NCBI GenBank assembly: GCA_017633255.1
Contig: JAGBPS010000022.1
Location: 2,963 to 66,962 of the forward strand
From: Bacteroidales bacterium
GTDB taxonomy: Bacteria > Bacteroidota > Bacteroidia > Bacteroidales > WCHB1-69
DNA: 64,000 nucleotides
Direction: 5' to 3'
The notes under the pieces are model-generated. The model was given only the letters and a program-made list of their open reading frames with translations. It did not search any database and was not told the DNA's origin. The translations under genes and the position numbers were made by a program. Below are positions 1 through 9,782 of the stretch, piece by piece. Position 1 is the stretch's first letter. The number at the start of each line of letters is the position of its first letter.

Positions 1-1359
1 GGGTTGTACAATCACGTTCCACATTCGTTCGTGGTGTTCCGCGGCGCAGTTCAGGATCTTATCCACCGTGGTGGCACCGATACCGCGCTGTGGATAGTTG
101 ATGACACGGCGCAAAGATTCCTCGTCGTAGTGGTTGACCGCCAAACGGAAATAAGCCATCAAGTCCTTGACTTCCTTTCTTTTATAGAAAGACAAGCCGG
201 CATAAATCTTATAGGGAATATGTCGTTTGATGAACACTTCCTCAATGGCACGCGACTGCGAGTTGGTGCGGTACAACACGGCAAACTGGCTGTGATTGGC
301 CTGGGTGTTCACCTTGATTTCAAACAGCTTGTCGGCAATGGCAAAGGCCTCTTCGGTGTCGCTGCCGGTTTTCATGATGTCTATCTTGGTCCCCTCGCCA
401 TTTTCTGTCCATATCTCCTTGTAGAGCTGGTCTTTGTTGTTTTTGATGATGGCGTTGGCGGCATTGACGATATTCTGTGTGGAGCGGTAGTTCTGCTCCA
501 ACTTGATGATGTTGCAGGTGGGATAGTCATGCTTGAAATTGAGAATATTCTGGATGTCGGCCCCACGGAAAGAGTAGATACTCTGGGCATCGTCGCCTAC
601 CACGCAGATGTTCTGGTAAGCGGCCGCCAATTTCTTGATGATCAAGTATTGTGCGAAATTGGTGTCTTGGTACTCATCCACCAGAATGTAACGGTAGCGT
701 TGCTGGTATTTATACAGCACTTCGGGATAGTCGCGCAACAATACGTTCATGTAGTACAGCAGGTCGTCGAAATCCATGGCGTTAGCGCTCTTGAGTCTTT
801 GGTTGTAGCGCTTGTAGATGTCAGCAATGAGAGGCTTTCCACTACGCTTGTCCGCCTCGATGATTTCGGGATTCTCACCATATTCCTGATCTGAAATCAG
901 ACTTGACTTGGCGGCGGAGATGCGGTTGAGGATATAGTTGGCCACGTAGATTTTCGGGTCTAACTGCATTTCTTTCACAATCGACTTAATCATACTCTTG
1001 CAGTCGTCGGTATCATAGACGGTCACATTGTGGTCGTAACCCAAGCGATAGCCCTCCACCCTGATAATGCGGTAGAAGATGGAGTGGAAAGTGCCCATGG
1101 AGACGGCCTTGGCGTTGCTGTCGCCCACCAGTTTGAAGATACGCTCTTTCATCTCGCCGGCAGCCTTGTTGGTAAATGTCAGCGCCAGAATCTGGAACGG
1201 GCTAATGCCCAAAGTGAGCATATAGGCGATGCGGTAGGTGAGCACACGGGTTTTTCCTGAGCCCGCCCCGGCAATCACCATCACCGGTCCTTCTACCTGT
1301 TTGACAGCTTTCTGCTGAGCATCATTAAGTTGCGAAAGTAATTCCTCTGCGTTGTTCAT
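1..1359 (-). CDS. UvrD/PcrA/Rep-family (SF1) ATP-dependent DNA helicase, N-terminal 453 aa; C-terminus lies beyond the window start
   Basis: Absent from the ORF track because it runs off the edge. Own translation from ATG at 1359: MNNAEELLSQLNDAQQKAVKQVEGPVMVIAGAGSGKTRVLTYRIAYML..LALTFTNKAAGEMKERI..RYILVDEYQDTNFAQY..EQNYRSTQ (Walker A, motif II DEYQD, QNYRS). The + ORF 4..894 is its antisense shadow. Confidence 0.9.
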   Translation of the reverse strand, partial: MNNAEELLSQLNDAQQKAVKQVEGPVMVIAGAGSGKTRVLTYRIAYMLTLGISPFQILALTFTNKAAGEMKERIFKLVGDSNAKAVSMGTFHSIFYRIIRVEGYRLGYDHNVTVYDTDDCKSMIKSIVKEMQLDPKIYVANYILNRISAAKSSLISDQEYGENPEIIEADKRSGKPLIADIYKRYNQRLKSANAMDFDDLLYYMNVLLRDYPEVLYKYQQRYRYILVDEYQDTNFAQYLIIKKLAAAYQNICVVGDDAQSIYSFRGADIQNILNFKHDYPTCNIIKLEQNYRSTQNIVNAANAIIKNNKDQLYKEIWTENGEGTKIDIMKTGSDTEEAFAIADKLFEIKVNTQANHSQFAVLYRTNSQSRAIEEVFIKRHIPYKIYAGLSFYKRKEVKDLMAYFRLAVNHYDEESLRRVINYPQRGIGATTVDKILNCAAEHHERMWNVIVQP

Positions 1360-1368
1360 TGTAGTCGA

Positions 1369-2397
1369 TTAAGCTTGTTTTTTCACTAGTTGGCCGCAGG
1401 CGGCGGCGATATCTTTGCCACGGCTACGGCGAAGGTTGACCACCATATTGCGACTTTCCAGAAACTGGATGAATTTACGCACATTCTCGGGGTTGCTCTG
1501 CTGGAAAGGAGAATCGGTGGCGTTGAATTCTATCAGGTTGATTTTCACGGGAAAGGCCCTGCAATAGTTTGCCAGCACTTCCGCATCGCGTTGCGAGTCG
1601 TTGATGCCGTTCAGCAGCAAGTATTCAAAAGTCACCCGCTCACCTGTCTTCTGATGATAGTATTTCAGCACCTCCTGTAGTTTGTCCAAGGGGTTGTGCT
1701 CCGTAACTGGCATCAGGTGAATTCTCTTTTTGGGGTCGGCACTGTGCAACGATACGGCCAGCCCTGGTTTGAAACTGGCATCGGCCAGCTTTCGGATGCC
1801 TTCGATGATGCCCGCTGTAGAAAGCGTGATACGTTGTGGTGATAGTCCTTGTCCTTCCGGAGAGGTGAGCAAGTCAATGGATTTCATCACGTTGGAATAA
1901 TTCAGCAAAGGCTCTCCCATGCCCATATAGACGATGTTAGAAATGGGATTACCGTAATATTCCTGTGCTTTTTGATTCATCAGTATAAACTGATCAAAGA
2001 TTTCAGAGTAATGCAGATTCCTGATAAACCCCATCTGCCCTGTGGCGCAAAAGGCGCAGTGCATGGCGCAACCCACTTGTGTGGACACGCAAGCAGTGAC
2101 CCTTTGTCCTGAAGGAATCAGCACGCCTTCAATCATTTTGTCGTCGTGCAGGCGGAAACCGAATTTCACCGTCTGGTCGCTGCTTTTGGCCTCTACCTCG
2201 ATTCTTGCCCGCTGAAAGCTGAAAGCTTCTTTCAAGTTTTCCTGTATGGCCTTCCCAATATTGCTCATCTCGTCAAAAGAACCCACCCCCTTTTTCCAGA
2301 GCCATTCATGAATCTGTTTGGCCCGGAAAGGCTTCTCCCCGGCCTGCACCAGAAAACTCTTTAGTTCATCAACAGTAATATCGCGTATATCTTTCAT
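1369..2397 (-). CDS. rlmN: 23S rRNA/tRNA (adenine-C2)-methyltransferase RlmN (radical SAM)
   Basis: 342 aa. Has the KQIHEWLWKKGV N-terminus, the radical-SAM cluster CAMHCAFCATG, and GMGEPL. Confidence 0.93.
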   Translation of the reverse strand: MKDIRDITVDELKSFLVQAGEKPFRAKQIHEWLWKKGVGSFDEMSNIGKAIQENLKEAFSFQRARIEVEAKSSDQTVKFGFRLHDDKMIEGVLIPSGQRVTACVSTQVGCAMHCAFCATGQMGFIRNLHYSEIFDQFILMNQKAQEYYGNPISNIVYMGMGEPLLNYSNVMKSIDLLTSPEGQGLSPQRITLSTAGIIEGIRKLADASFKPGLAVSLHSADPKKRIHLMPVTEHNPLDKLQEVLKYYHQKTGERVTFEYLLLNGINDSQRDAEVLANYCRAFPVKINLIEFNATDSPFQQSNPENVRKFIQFLESRNMVVNLRRSRGKDIAAACGQLVKKQA

Positions 2398-2430
2398 TAA
2401 ACTAAGAATTAAGAGTTAAGAACTAAAAAT

Positions 2431-2550
2431 CCATAACCCATAACCTTCTCACCTTCTCACCCTCTAATCGTGTAACCTTCTAATCGTGTAACCTTCTCAC
2501 CTTCTCACCCTGTAATCGTGTAACCGTGTAACCTTCTAACCATGTAACCC
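2431..2550. repeat. Array of 15 gap-free octamers (TCTCACCT/TCTAATCG/TGTAACCT variants)
   Basis: ccataacc cataacct tctcacct tctcaccc tctaatcg tgtaacct tctaatcg tgtaacct tctcacct tctcaccc tgtaatcg tgtaaccg tgtaacct tctaacca tgtaaccc. It fills the spacer between gene 2553..3377 and rlmN. Confidence 0.9.
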
Positions 2551-2552
2551 CG

Positions 2553-3377
2553 TTAATAGATAAAAGGAAATACCCTCTTCAACTTCCTACCCTTCATTTC
2601 TTCAGGGAATTCCTCCTGATAACGTTTGTAGATGGTGCGTGTGCGCGGCACCAGGTTGGCAAAGGTCCAGATGAAGAACACCAAACCCGACACCGACCAG
2701 GTGAGGATGGCAAAACCGAGCCACTCCATCAGTTCACCGAAATAGTTGGCGGAGGTCACATAGTTGAACAGACCGCCTTTCGGCAGATAATGTTTGGTAT
2801 CGTTGTCATCTTTTCTCAGATGGCGGATGATATAGTCGGAATGCAGGTTGATGATAAAGCCTGAGATAAAGATGATGGTGCCAATGATGAATTGGGGCGA
2901 CCACAGCCAGGCTATATCCGTATATCCTAATCCAAAAACTTTATAATCAACATTATATGATTCAAAGAAAATCCAATACCCTTGCATCACGGCATTCAGA
3001 ATATTGAAACAGATGCCCATAATCATAATACCGATGGGCATTTTGCTATTGCCTTTGATAATCCAGGGGAAGATCAAAGCCCTTTGAAAATAGTGCATCT
3101 CAAAAAGAAGCAGGAATACACAGGGTACAATGTCAAAACGATGGGGAGAGCATGCCCAGATGATGATCATCACCAGAAAAACAGGCAATTCCATAAAGAA
3201 CCATGCCACTTTGTTGTTGATAGCTGGTCCCAACTTGACTGTATTTTTGCCTTTCTGGGTATAAAGCATCCCGTAACCGGCATTGAAGAACTGCAACGCG
3301 ATGAAAACTACCGCGGCGAGACACACCATCACCCACAAGTAAATGTGGAAGGCGTTGGTTAAAAAAGAAGTATCCAT
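2553..3377 (-). CDS. Steroid 5-alpha-reductase / DUF1295-family polytopic membrane protein
   Basis: 274 aa, multi-TM. The C-terminal LHSDYIIRHLRK..GGLFNYVTSANYFGELMEWLGFA is typical of this family. Confidence 0.75.
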   Translation of the reverse strand: MDTSFLTNAFHIYLWVMVCLAAVVFIALQFFNAGYGMLYTQKGKNTVKLGPAINNKVAWFFMELPVFLVMIIIWACSPHRFDIVPCVFLLLFEMHYFQRALIFPWIIKGNSKMPIGIMIMGICFNILNAVMQGYWIFFESYNVDYKVFGLGYTDIAWLWSPQFIIGTIIFISGFIINLHSDYIIRHLRKDDNDTKHYLPKGGLFNYVTSANYFGELMEWLGFAILTWSVSGLVFFIWTFANLVPRTRTIYKRYQEEFPEEMKGRKLKRVFPFIY

Positions 3378-3381
3378 AATG

Positions 3382-5205
3382 TTATTCTATGCTGATTTGC
3401 ATGGGCATCATAGCCTGTACGCCTTCAGCTCTTTTCAGTTGATTTAATCCTTGATAAATGTAATACTGGTCGCCTAATTCCTGTTTGATGAAAGCCTGGA
3501 CATTGTTGTCACTGCTGGATTTCTCCATCAATTTGGTCCAGAAATCTTTCTTCTTGGGATAATAGCTGATCTTGTAATTTTCCAGCTTAGCCAGCTCGGC
3601 GGCTTTGGCTACAGCGTCATCGATATTACCCAGGGCATCCACCAGACCGATTTTCAGGGCGTCGGAACCTGCCCATACACGACCTTGTCCGATTTCATCC
3701 ACTGCGGATTGTTCCATGCCACGGCCATCGGCCACACGCTGGGTGAATACTCCGTAGAAGTCGTCAATAAATTCTTGATAAACAGCCAATTCTTCGGCAT
3801 TCATCGGACGCATGGTGCCACCAGCGTCAGAATGCTTGTTGGTGCTTACGCCATCAACAGTTACACCCAGTTTGTTTTTCAACGCTCTTTGGAATGACGG
3901 AACCACGCCAAACACACCGATAGAGCCGGTCAAAGTGTTGGGCTGTGCGATGATGTAGTTGGAGTTGCAGGAAATGTAATAACCGCCGGAAGCTGCATAG
4001 TCGCCCATGGAGGTCACCACAATCTTACCGGCTTTCTTGGCCTGTTCGATTTCATGCCAGATAATGTCGGAAGCAGTGCCGTCGCCACCGGGAGAGTTGA
4101 CACGCAACACAATAGCCTTCACATTGTCAGAAGTATAGGCCTCTTTGATCAGTTTCACCATTGTTTCAGAGCCCATGATATCATTTCCTGATTTGCCACC
4201 TCTGATTTCGCCAACGGCATAGATTATCGCAATCTCGTCCTTGGCCGTGTTATTCTCTGCTTTGAGAGCCTTGGTGTATTCAGCCAAAGTGGTGATATTC
4301 AAATCTTTGTCATTCTCTACATTCACCAGTTTCTTCAGATCCTGAACCACGTCGCTTTTGTAGCAAGCCTTGTCGATGAGTTTGCTTTCGACGGCTTTGG
4401 CGGCCGTGCCGATGAACATGCCGTCAGCAATGTTGTTCACTTCTTCTGTACTCAATTTTCTTGATGCCGCGATGTCTTCCACCATAGTGTTCCACAAGGT
4501 GTTGGCCAACAAGGTCATCTGTTCGCGGTTGGCATCGCTCATTTTATCCGTGAGGAACGGTTCCACCGCGCTTTTGAATTTGCCGTGACGGATTACCTGC
4601 ACATCCACATCCAACTTGTCGATAAGGCCTTTGTAAAACATCACCTGCATGGCGATACCCTTGAACTGGATCAGACCAGTGGTGCTCATGGTCACCTTGT
4701 CGGCTACAGATGACAGGTAATAGCCTCCCTGTGCATAGCTGTCGGCATACGCATAGATGAATTTTCCTGATGCTTTGAATTCCATCAGCGCATCATGGAT
4801 TTCCTTGAGGGTGGCGGGAGCGGCTCCCACAGACTCGCTGTTGATGTAGATACCTTTGATTTTCGGGTCTTTGGCGGCCGATTTGATGCAGGCCAGAATA
4901 TCGTCCAAGCCGATGGAAGATTGATAGTACTGGCTGAATTCATCGCCAAACATGTCGAAAGGATTCTCCACCGCCTGTTCACTGATGTTTTTCTGCAAGT
5001 CCAGTTTCAGGATGGAATTGTCTTTCACGCTCACGGTAGTGGTAGTGCCCATGGAGGCAATCATCGCTGCGAACATGAACATGGATAAAATGGAAACGAT
5101 GATGCAGGAGAAAAAGAAGCCCACCATGGTTCCGAACACGATGCGCCAGAATTTTCTTGCTCCGGTTTCTTTTTTCTTTGGTTTGAAATAGTCTTCTTGT
5201 CCCAT
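3382..5205 (-). CDS. sppA: Signal peptide peptidase SppA, 67K type
   Basis: 607 aa with an N-terminal TM helix and two ClpP-like halves. Motifs VNSPGGDGTASD and AASGGYYIS. Confidence 0.9.
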   Translation of the reverse strand: MGQEDYFKPKKKETGARKFWRIVFGTMVGFFFSCIIVSILSMFMFAAMIASMGTTTTVSVKDNSILKLDLQKNISEQAVENPFDMFGDEFSQYYQSSIGLDDILACIKSAAKDPKIKGIYINSESVGAAPATLKEIHDALMEFKASGKFIYAYADSYAQGGYYLSSVADKVTMSTTGLIQFKGIAMQVMFYKGLIDKLDVDVQVIRHGKFKSAVEPFLTDKMSDANREQMTLLANTLWNTMVEDIAASRKLSTEEVNNIADGMFIGTAAKAVESKLIDKACYKSDVVQDLKKLVNVENDKDLNITTLAEYTKALKAENNTAKDEIAIIYAVGEIRGGKSGNDIMGSETMVKLIKEAYTSDNVKAIVLRVNSPGGDGTASDIIWHEIEQAKKAGKIVVTSMGDYAASGGYYISCNSNYIIAQPNTLTGSIGVFGVVPSFQRALKNKLGVTVDGVSTNKHSDAGGTMRPMNAEELAVYQEFIDDFYGVFTQRVADGRGMEQSAVDEIGQGRVWAGSDALKIGLVDALGNIDDAVAKAAELAKLENYKISYYPKKKDFWTKLMEKSSSDNNVQAFIKQELGDQYYIYQGLNQLKRAEGVQAMMPMQISIE

Positions 5206-5332
5206 AATTTATGTTTTAAAGTTATATTATTCCAGATATATTTAAAAATGCAATATTACAAAAAAAATTTTATATCACAGCTTTGTTTCCTGAATTTAAA
5301 TTGTATTTGTGCAGGTTATTTGAAATTTTGCG

Positions 5333-5340
5333 TACATTTG
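5333..5340 (+). promoter_or_regulatory. Bacteroidota -7 promoter box TACATTTG
   Basis: Matches TAnnTTTG, 25 nt upstream of ATG 5365. Confidence 0.55.
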
Positions 5341-5364
5341 CAAATTCATTTCAATGGAATAGTG

Positions 5365-5784
5365 ATGAAAAAACTGATATTTATCCTGATAGCTGCTGTG
5401 ATATGTGGATCCTGCAACGGCCGCTATGAGCACGAAACCATTCCCAATGTGGATTTGCGTTTCACCATTTACCCGAATAGTACCACCTATCTTAATCTGA
5501 ATTATTATGGTGGTTATGAGTATTTTACTGGTGGAGTGGCCGGTGTGATTGTCTATCGGCTCGATGAAACTACTTTCTTTGCCTACGACCGTGCTTGTCC
5601 TTACGATTGGGAAGATCCTGACTCATGGCTGTGGGTTGATGAAAGCGGTATCCTGATTGTGGACTATTGCTGCGGAGCGAAATTCAGTATCTTGGACGGA
5701 ACTCCGGTATCGGGACCCACCTCGCTTTCCTTGAAACATTACAAATGCCGTTATGACGGTGCGTCGCTCTTGGTTTACAACTGA
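5365..5784 (+). CDS. Small lipoprotein, unknown function
   Basis: Track ORF 5197..5784 trimmed to ATG 5365 (MKKLIFILIAAVICGSC lipobox), 25 nt downstream of the -7 box TACATTTG. Cys-rich (ACPYDW..CCGAKF). No family recognised. Confidence 0.55.
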   Translation: MKKLIFILIAAVICGSCNGRYEHETIPNVDLRFTIYPNSTTYLNLNYYGGYEYFTGGVAGVIVYRLDETTFFAYDRACPYDWEDPDSWLWVDESGILIVDYCCGAKFSILDGTPVSGPTSLSLKHYKCRYDGASLLVYN

Positions 5785-6587
5785 GGCATCATCTCGTAAA
5801 CAATCTTGACCATGCGGGGACCTGCCGCATTGGCTTCCTTCAGTACCTCCTCGTGAGAGGCTTTCTCCACAATTCCTACAACGCCTAAGTCGGTGATGAC
5901 TGAAAAAGCCACCACTTCCATGCCTCCATGTCGCGCCACAATGGTTTCAGGCACGGTGGACATCCCCACGGCGTCACCACCAAGGATGTGGAACATGCGG
6001 TATTCTGACGGGGTTTCATAACAAGGACCCGTTACACCCACATATACACCTTCTAGTAAGTGGATGTCGAGTTTTTTGGCTGTGGCCTGGGCGATTTTGC
6101 GAAGACGCTTGGAATAGGCTTCGCTCATGTCCAGGAAACGGGGACCCAGTTCATCATCATTCGGTCCCATCAGGGGATTGTTGCCAAACAAGTTGATGTG
6201 GTCTCTGAACAGCATAATGTCGCCTACCTTGAAGGCGGGGTTCATGCCGCCTGCGGCATTGGACAATACCAGAACCTCGATGCCCAGCTCTTTATACACG
6301 CGCACTGGGAAGGTCAGTGTTTTCATATCATAGCCTTCATAATAATGAAAACGGCCGCTTTGCACCACCACTTCCACATTGTTCAGTGTTCCGAAGATAA
6401 GGGCTCCTTTGTGTCCTTTCACTGTGGAAACAGGAAAATTGGGAATCTGTGCGTATGGAATTTCTTTCTCTATTTTCAAACTTTCCACCAGTCCCCCGAG
6501 ACCAGAGCCCAACACTATGGCAACACGGGGACGCAAGCTGGTTTGTCCTTTCAAAAATGCAGCGGTTTCCTTTATTTTAGCGATCAT
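5775..6587 (-). CDS. Purine nucleoside phosphorylase (PNP family 2, PunA-like)
   Basis: 270 aa. Motifs RPRVAIVLGSGLGG, GHKGALIFG, GDAVGMSTVPE. Confidence 0.9.
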   Translation of the reverse strand: MIAKIKETAAFLKGQTSLRPRVAIVLGSGLGGLVESLKIEKEIPYAQIPNFPVSTVKGHKGALIFGTLNNVEVVVQSGRFHYYEGYDMKTLTFPVRVYKELGIEVLVLSNAAGGMNPAFKVGDIMLFRDHINLFGNNPLMGPNDDELGPRFLDMSEAYSKRLRKIAQATAKKLDIHLLEGVYVGVTGPCYETPSEYRMFHILGGDAVGMSTVPETIVARHGGMEVVAFSVITDLGVVGIVEKASHEEVLKEANAAGPRMVKIVYEMMPQL

Positions 6588-6599
6588 AGCAAATTCATT

Positions 6600-7655
6600 T
6601 TAGTGTGCAAAATTACACAAAATCCTTGAAATATTAGATTTTTCTTGAAATAAGAAATACGGTTCTATTGGCAGAGAAAACAAGGGAATAGTTTCCAGGT
6701 GTTTGGAGAGAGTTCCATAAATCAACCGCATACTGTCTTTTTCAGTGGTAACCAGTATTCGTTTTTGATTTTTATCTGAAAAAAATGTTTTTTGGATTTC
6801 CGCTATTTCCTCGGTTGAAAAATAATGATGGTCTGCAAAATGGTAATGATGGATAATCTTGAACTTTTCAGACAGATACTTAACCATTGGCTCAGGGTGG
6901 GCGATGGCGGTGAGTACCACCACTTCGGTTTGTGGGGTCAGCTGATGCTGTTTCCCGCATTCATTCAAAGCGACCAGTTCTCCGTAATGCATGGTGGTGA
7001 AAAACAGCTGCTGATAATCTTGCAATTTCAGCAACTGAGCCATCTCAGAGCATTGTACTTCGGTCATGTCCGCTGGGCATTTGCTCACTATCACGATATC
7101 AGCATAGCGGGCAGCAGAGCGAAACTCCCTCAAACGGCCTGCCGGCAGAGGATAATCTTTTGCGTATGGGGTTTGATATTCCGTAATCAGAATATTCAGA
7201 TGAGGTTTGACCTGCAAATGCTGATAGCAGTCATCCAAAATAATGTATTGCAAGTCGGGGAAACGTTGCAGCAGTTGCTGAATACCGTCTTTTCTTTTTT
7301 CATCCACCGCCACTTTGATGTGCGGAAATTTGGTATAGAACTGCAAGGGCTCATCTCCAATCATTTCCGCCGAGAGTTGCTGAGGGTCAATGTCGTTGGC
7401 TAGCACAAAGCCTTTGGTTTTGCGCTTGTATCCGCGACTCAGGGTGGCGATTTTATATTGATTTGATAATAAACGGATTAAATATTCAACATGAGGCGTT
7501 TTTCCTGTGCCACCCACCGACAGATTGCCCACCCCGATGGTTGGAACCGGGGCTTGATATGCTTTCCTCAAACCACAGCGGTACATCCAGCGGCGAAAGG
7601 CCGCCACCGCACCGTATATCAATGCAAAAGGGTATAAAAGTTTTTGTGGACGCAC
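6600..7655 (-). CDS. lpxK: Tetraacyldisaccharide 4'-kinase
   Basis: 351 aa with P-loop GVGNLSVGGTGKTPHVEYL. The start codon is GTG (plus strand reads cac at 7653-7655). Confidence 0.9.
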   Translation of the reverse strand: MRPQKLLYPFALIYGAVAAFRRWMYRCGLRKAYQAPVPTIGVGNLSVGGTGKTPHVEYLIRLLSNQYKIATLSRGYKRKTKGFVLANDIDPQQLSAEMIGDEPLQFYTKFPHIKVAVDEKRKDGIQQLLQRFPDLQYIILDDCYQHLQVKPHLNILITEYQTPYAKDYPLPAGRLREFRSAARYADIVIVSKCPADMTEVQCSEMAQLLKLQDYQQLFFTTMHYGELVALNECGKQHQLTPQTEVVVLTAIAHPEPMVKYLSEKFKIIHHYHFADHHYFSTEEIAEIQKTFFSDKNQKRILVTTEKDSMRLIYGTLSKHLETIPLFSLPIEPYFLFQEKSNISRILCNFAH

Positions 7656-7682
7656 TTTTTGAACTGTTGATTTGTTATTTGT

Positions 7683-7849
7683 TTCGTTTATACGTTAAGG
7701 CGTTAAGTCATTCGCTGCGCTCGTTCGTCAAGACGTTAAGTCATTCGCTGCGCTCATTCGTCAAGGCGTCAAGACAATTATCGTCTTCACGAGCGAACGA
7801 AGTGAGCGTCTCCACGTCTCCACGCCTCCACGTCTCCACGTCTTAACGA
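7683..7849 (+). repeat. Composite intergenic element (family shared with 61814-62030)
   Basis: Starts with TTCGTTTATACGTTAAGGCGTTAAG (exact 25-mer also at 61814-61838). This is followed by a 33-bp tandem duplication (7701-7733, 7734-7766), GAACGAAGTGAGCGTCTCC, and (GTCTCCAC)x4 at 7808-7842. Confidence 0.85.
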
Positions 7850-8842
7850 CTACTCTCTACTTTCTTGTCTCTCCTGTCTCTCCTGTTGTTTCGCCTCTTC
7901 CCACTGCTCAAAACGCTGGATGATTTTGGTCACCAGCTGGTGGCGCACCACATCGCCATTATCCATGTAGATGAAATCAATGCCTTTAATGTCTTTCAGT
8001 ACTTTGCCGATATGAATCAGACCTGATTTTTGGTGTTTCGGAAGGTCAATCTGGGTGATGTCGCCGGTGATGAAGAACTTGGCGTTGCGGCCCATACGGG
8101 TCAGGAACATCTTGATTTGGCTTTCGGTGGCGTTTTGTGCTTCGTCCAAAATAACATAGGCGTTGTCGAGAGTGCGGCCACGCATAAAAGCCAGAGGGGC
8201 TATTTCAATGGTTTTGTCGTCCAGGTAGGAAATCAGTTTTTGCATGGGCATCATGTCCCACAGGGCGTCGTATAAGGGTTGGAGGTAGGGGTCGAGTTTG
8301 TCGCGCAGGTCGCCGGGCAGAAAGCCCAGGTTTTCGCCAGCCTCTACCGCGGGGCGGGTCAGGATAACCCTGCGCACCTGCTTGTTTTTGAGAGCCCGCA
8401 CCGCCAAAGCTACCGCTGTGTAGGTCTTACCCGTACCGGCAGGACCGATGGCGAACACCATGTCGTTGGTGGCGGCACTGGCTACCATCTTACGCTGGTT
8501 GGGCGTGATGGCCTTGATGACGCGTCCCTCACGACCGTGTAAAATGATATTGTCAACAATACCGCTGCTGTCCATGCGGTAAAAACTGTCGTCTTCAGCG
8601 GCTGTGATGTTCAGAATGTCATTCTCATTAATCTTGCCAAATTGCTCGAAATGCTTTAGCAGCAACTCGAAACGAGACAGGAATAGCTCCACTTCACTGT
8701 CCTCACCCATGACCTTCACCTCGTTGCCCCGGGCGATGATTTTCACCTTGGGATAAATGTTTCGAAGCAGGTCGATATTGGAGTTATTATGCCCATAGAT
8801 GCCCATCACATTGGCAGGGTCAAGCGTAATATTTCTTTCCAT
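7850..8842 (-). CDS. phoH: PhoH-family ATPase
   Basis: 330 aa. Walker A GPAGTGKTYTAVALAV and DEAQN. The C-terminal QERQERQESRE is encoded by a 9-nt tandem repeat (CAGGAGAGA x2). Confidence 0.9.
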   Translation of the reverse strand: MERNITLDPANVMGIYGHNNSNIDLLRNIYPKVKIIARGNEVKVMGEDSEVELFLSRFELLLKHFEQFGKINENDILNITAAEDDSFYRMDSSGIVDNIILHGREGRVIKAITPNQRKMVASAATNDMVFAIGPAGTGKTYTAVALAVRALKNKQVRRVILTRPAVEAGENLGFLPGDLRDKLDPYLQPLYDALWDMMPMQKLISYLDDKTIEIAPLAFMRGRTLDNAYVILDEAQNATESQIKMFLTRMGRNAKFFITGDITQIDLPKHQKSGLIHIGKVLKDIKGIDFIYMDNGDVVRHQLVTKIIQRFEQWEEAKQQERQERQESRE

Positions 8843-8852
8843 TATGTGGACT

Positions 8853-9776
8853 TTATTTAATGACGATATAATCTAAAGGATTGACAGGGAAACCGTTATA
8901 CCATAGTTCGAAATGCAGGTGCGCCGACTGCATGCGGTTCTGTCCGCTGCTGCCCATCTTGGCAATCGCTTCTCCCATATTCACCTTGGCACCCACAGAC
9001 TTCAGCAGCACCTCGTTGTGTTTGTATATTGAGATAATATTGCCAGGATGCTGTATCACGATGGTGTTGCCGTTCATGGGGTCGAAACCGGTATAGATGA
9101 CAATACCTTCCGCCACGCTGGTGATAATCGTGTTCTTTTTGTTCTGAATATCAATACCATAATGATTGCTGGCCGCGTCAAACTCTTGAATCAGGATGCC
9201 TGTGGTGGGTGTATATAAGGTGATATTGCTGATGTCGGCTCGGTGGGATACTGGCAGTTTGCTGTTCTCTTCCTCGCTTTTCAGGTGATTGGCCAGCAGG
9301 TCTTCCGCCTGCATATCCACTTCCCGCATGGCTTCCATCTCCTCTTCTTTTCGTTCGGTCAGTTCATGGCTGGCGGCTTTGGATTTTCCAGCGGCCATGC
9401 TGTTTTCATCTTCTGTAATATTATCATTGATAACATTATAGAAATTATCCAGATACTGCTGATTCTGCTGTACCAGCAACGAAAGGGAGTCCATCTGTGC
9501 GGATACTTTCAGGTACAGCTTATGCTCTTCCAAAGTGGTGTAGCCGGGAATATAGTATTTCAGCGGGGTGACACTGATGATGATGGCCGTGAGGGCAATC
9601 AGAGCTACCGCCGCCGTGCCGCCAATGACAAAAATACGCTGGGGAGTGAGGATAAATGAATATTTTTCCTCGTGGTTCTCCTCCGTTTTGATGGACAGAC
9701 GATACCGGGTTTTCCAGTTGGAGGACAGCTTTTTCATAAACTGCTTGAACTTTCCGAATAGCTGGACAATGGACAT
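8853..9776 (-). CDS. M23 (LytM) family metallopeptidase, membrane anchored
   Basis: 307 aa with an N-terminal TM helix. The C-terminal domain has HYGIDI..HLHFELWYNGFPVNPLDY. Confidence 0.85.
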   Translation of the reverse strand: MSIVQLFGKFKQFMKKLSSNWKTRYRLSIKTEENHEEKYSFILTPQRIFVIGGTAAVALIALTAIIISVTPLKYYIPGYTTLEEHKLYLKVSAQMDSLSLLVQQNQQYLDNFYNVINDNITEDENSMAAGKSKAASHELTERKEEEMEAMREVDMQAEDLLANHLKSEEENSKLPVSHRADISNITLYTPTTGILIQEFDAASNHYGIDIQNKKNTIITSVAEGIVIYTGFDPMNGNTIVIQHPGNIISIYKHNEVLLKSVGAKVNMGEAIAKMGSSGQNRMQSAHLHFELWYNGFPVNPLDYIVIK

Positions 9777-9782
9777 TATTAA

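Noticed and set aside
4-894. 296-aa + strand ORF at the window start
   Set aside because: It is antisense to a clear SF1 helicase reading frame on the minus strand (Walker A, DEYQD, QNYRS). Its sequence is the V/L/G/D/H-rich composition typical of shadow ORFs, and it starts at TTG.
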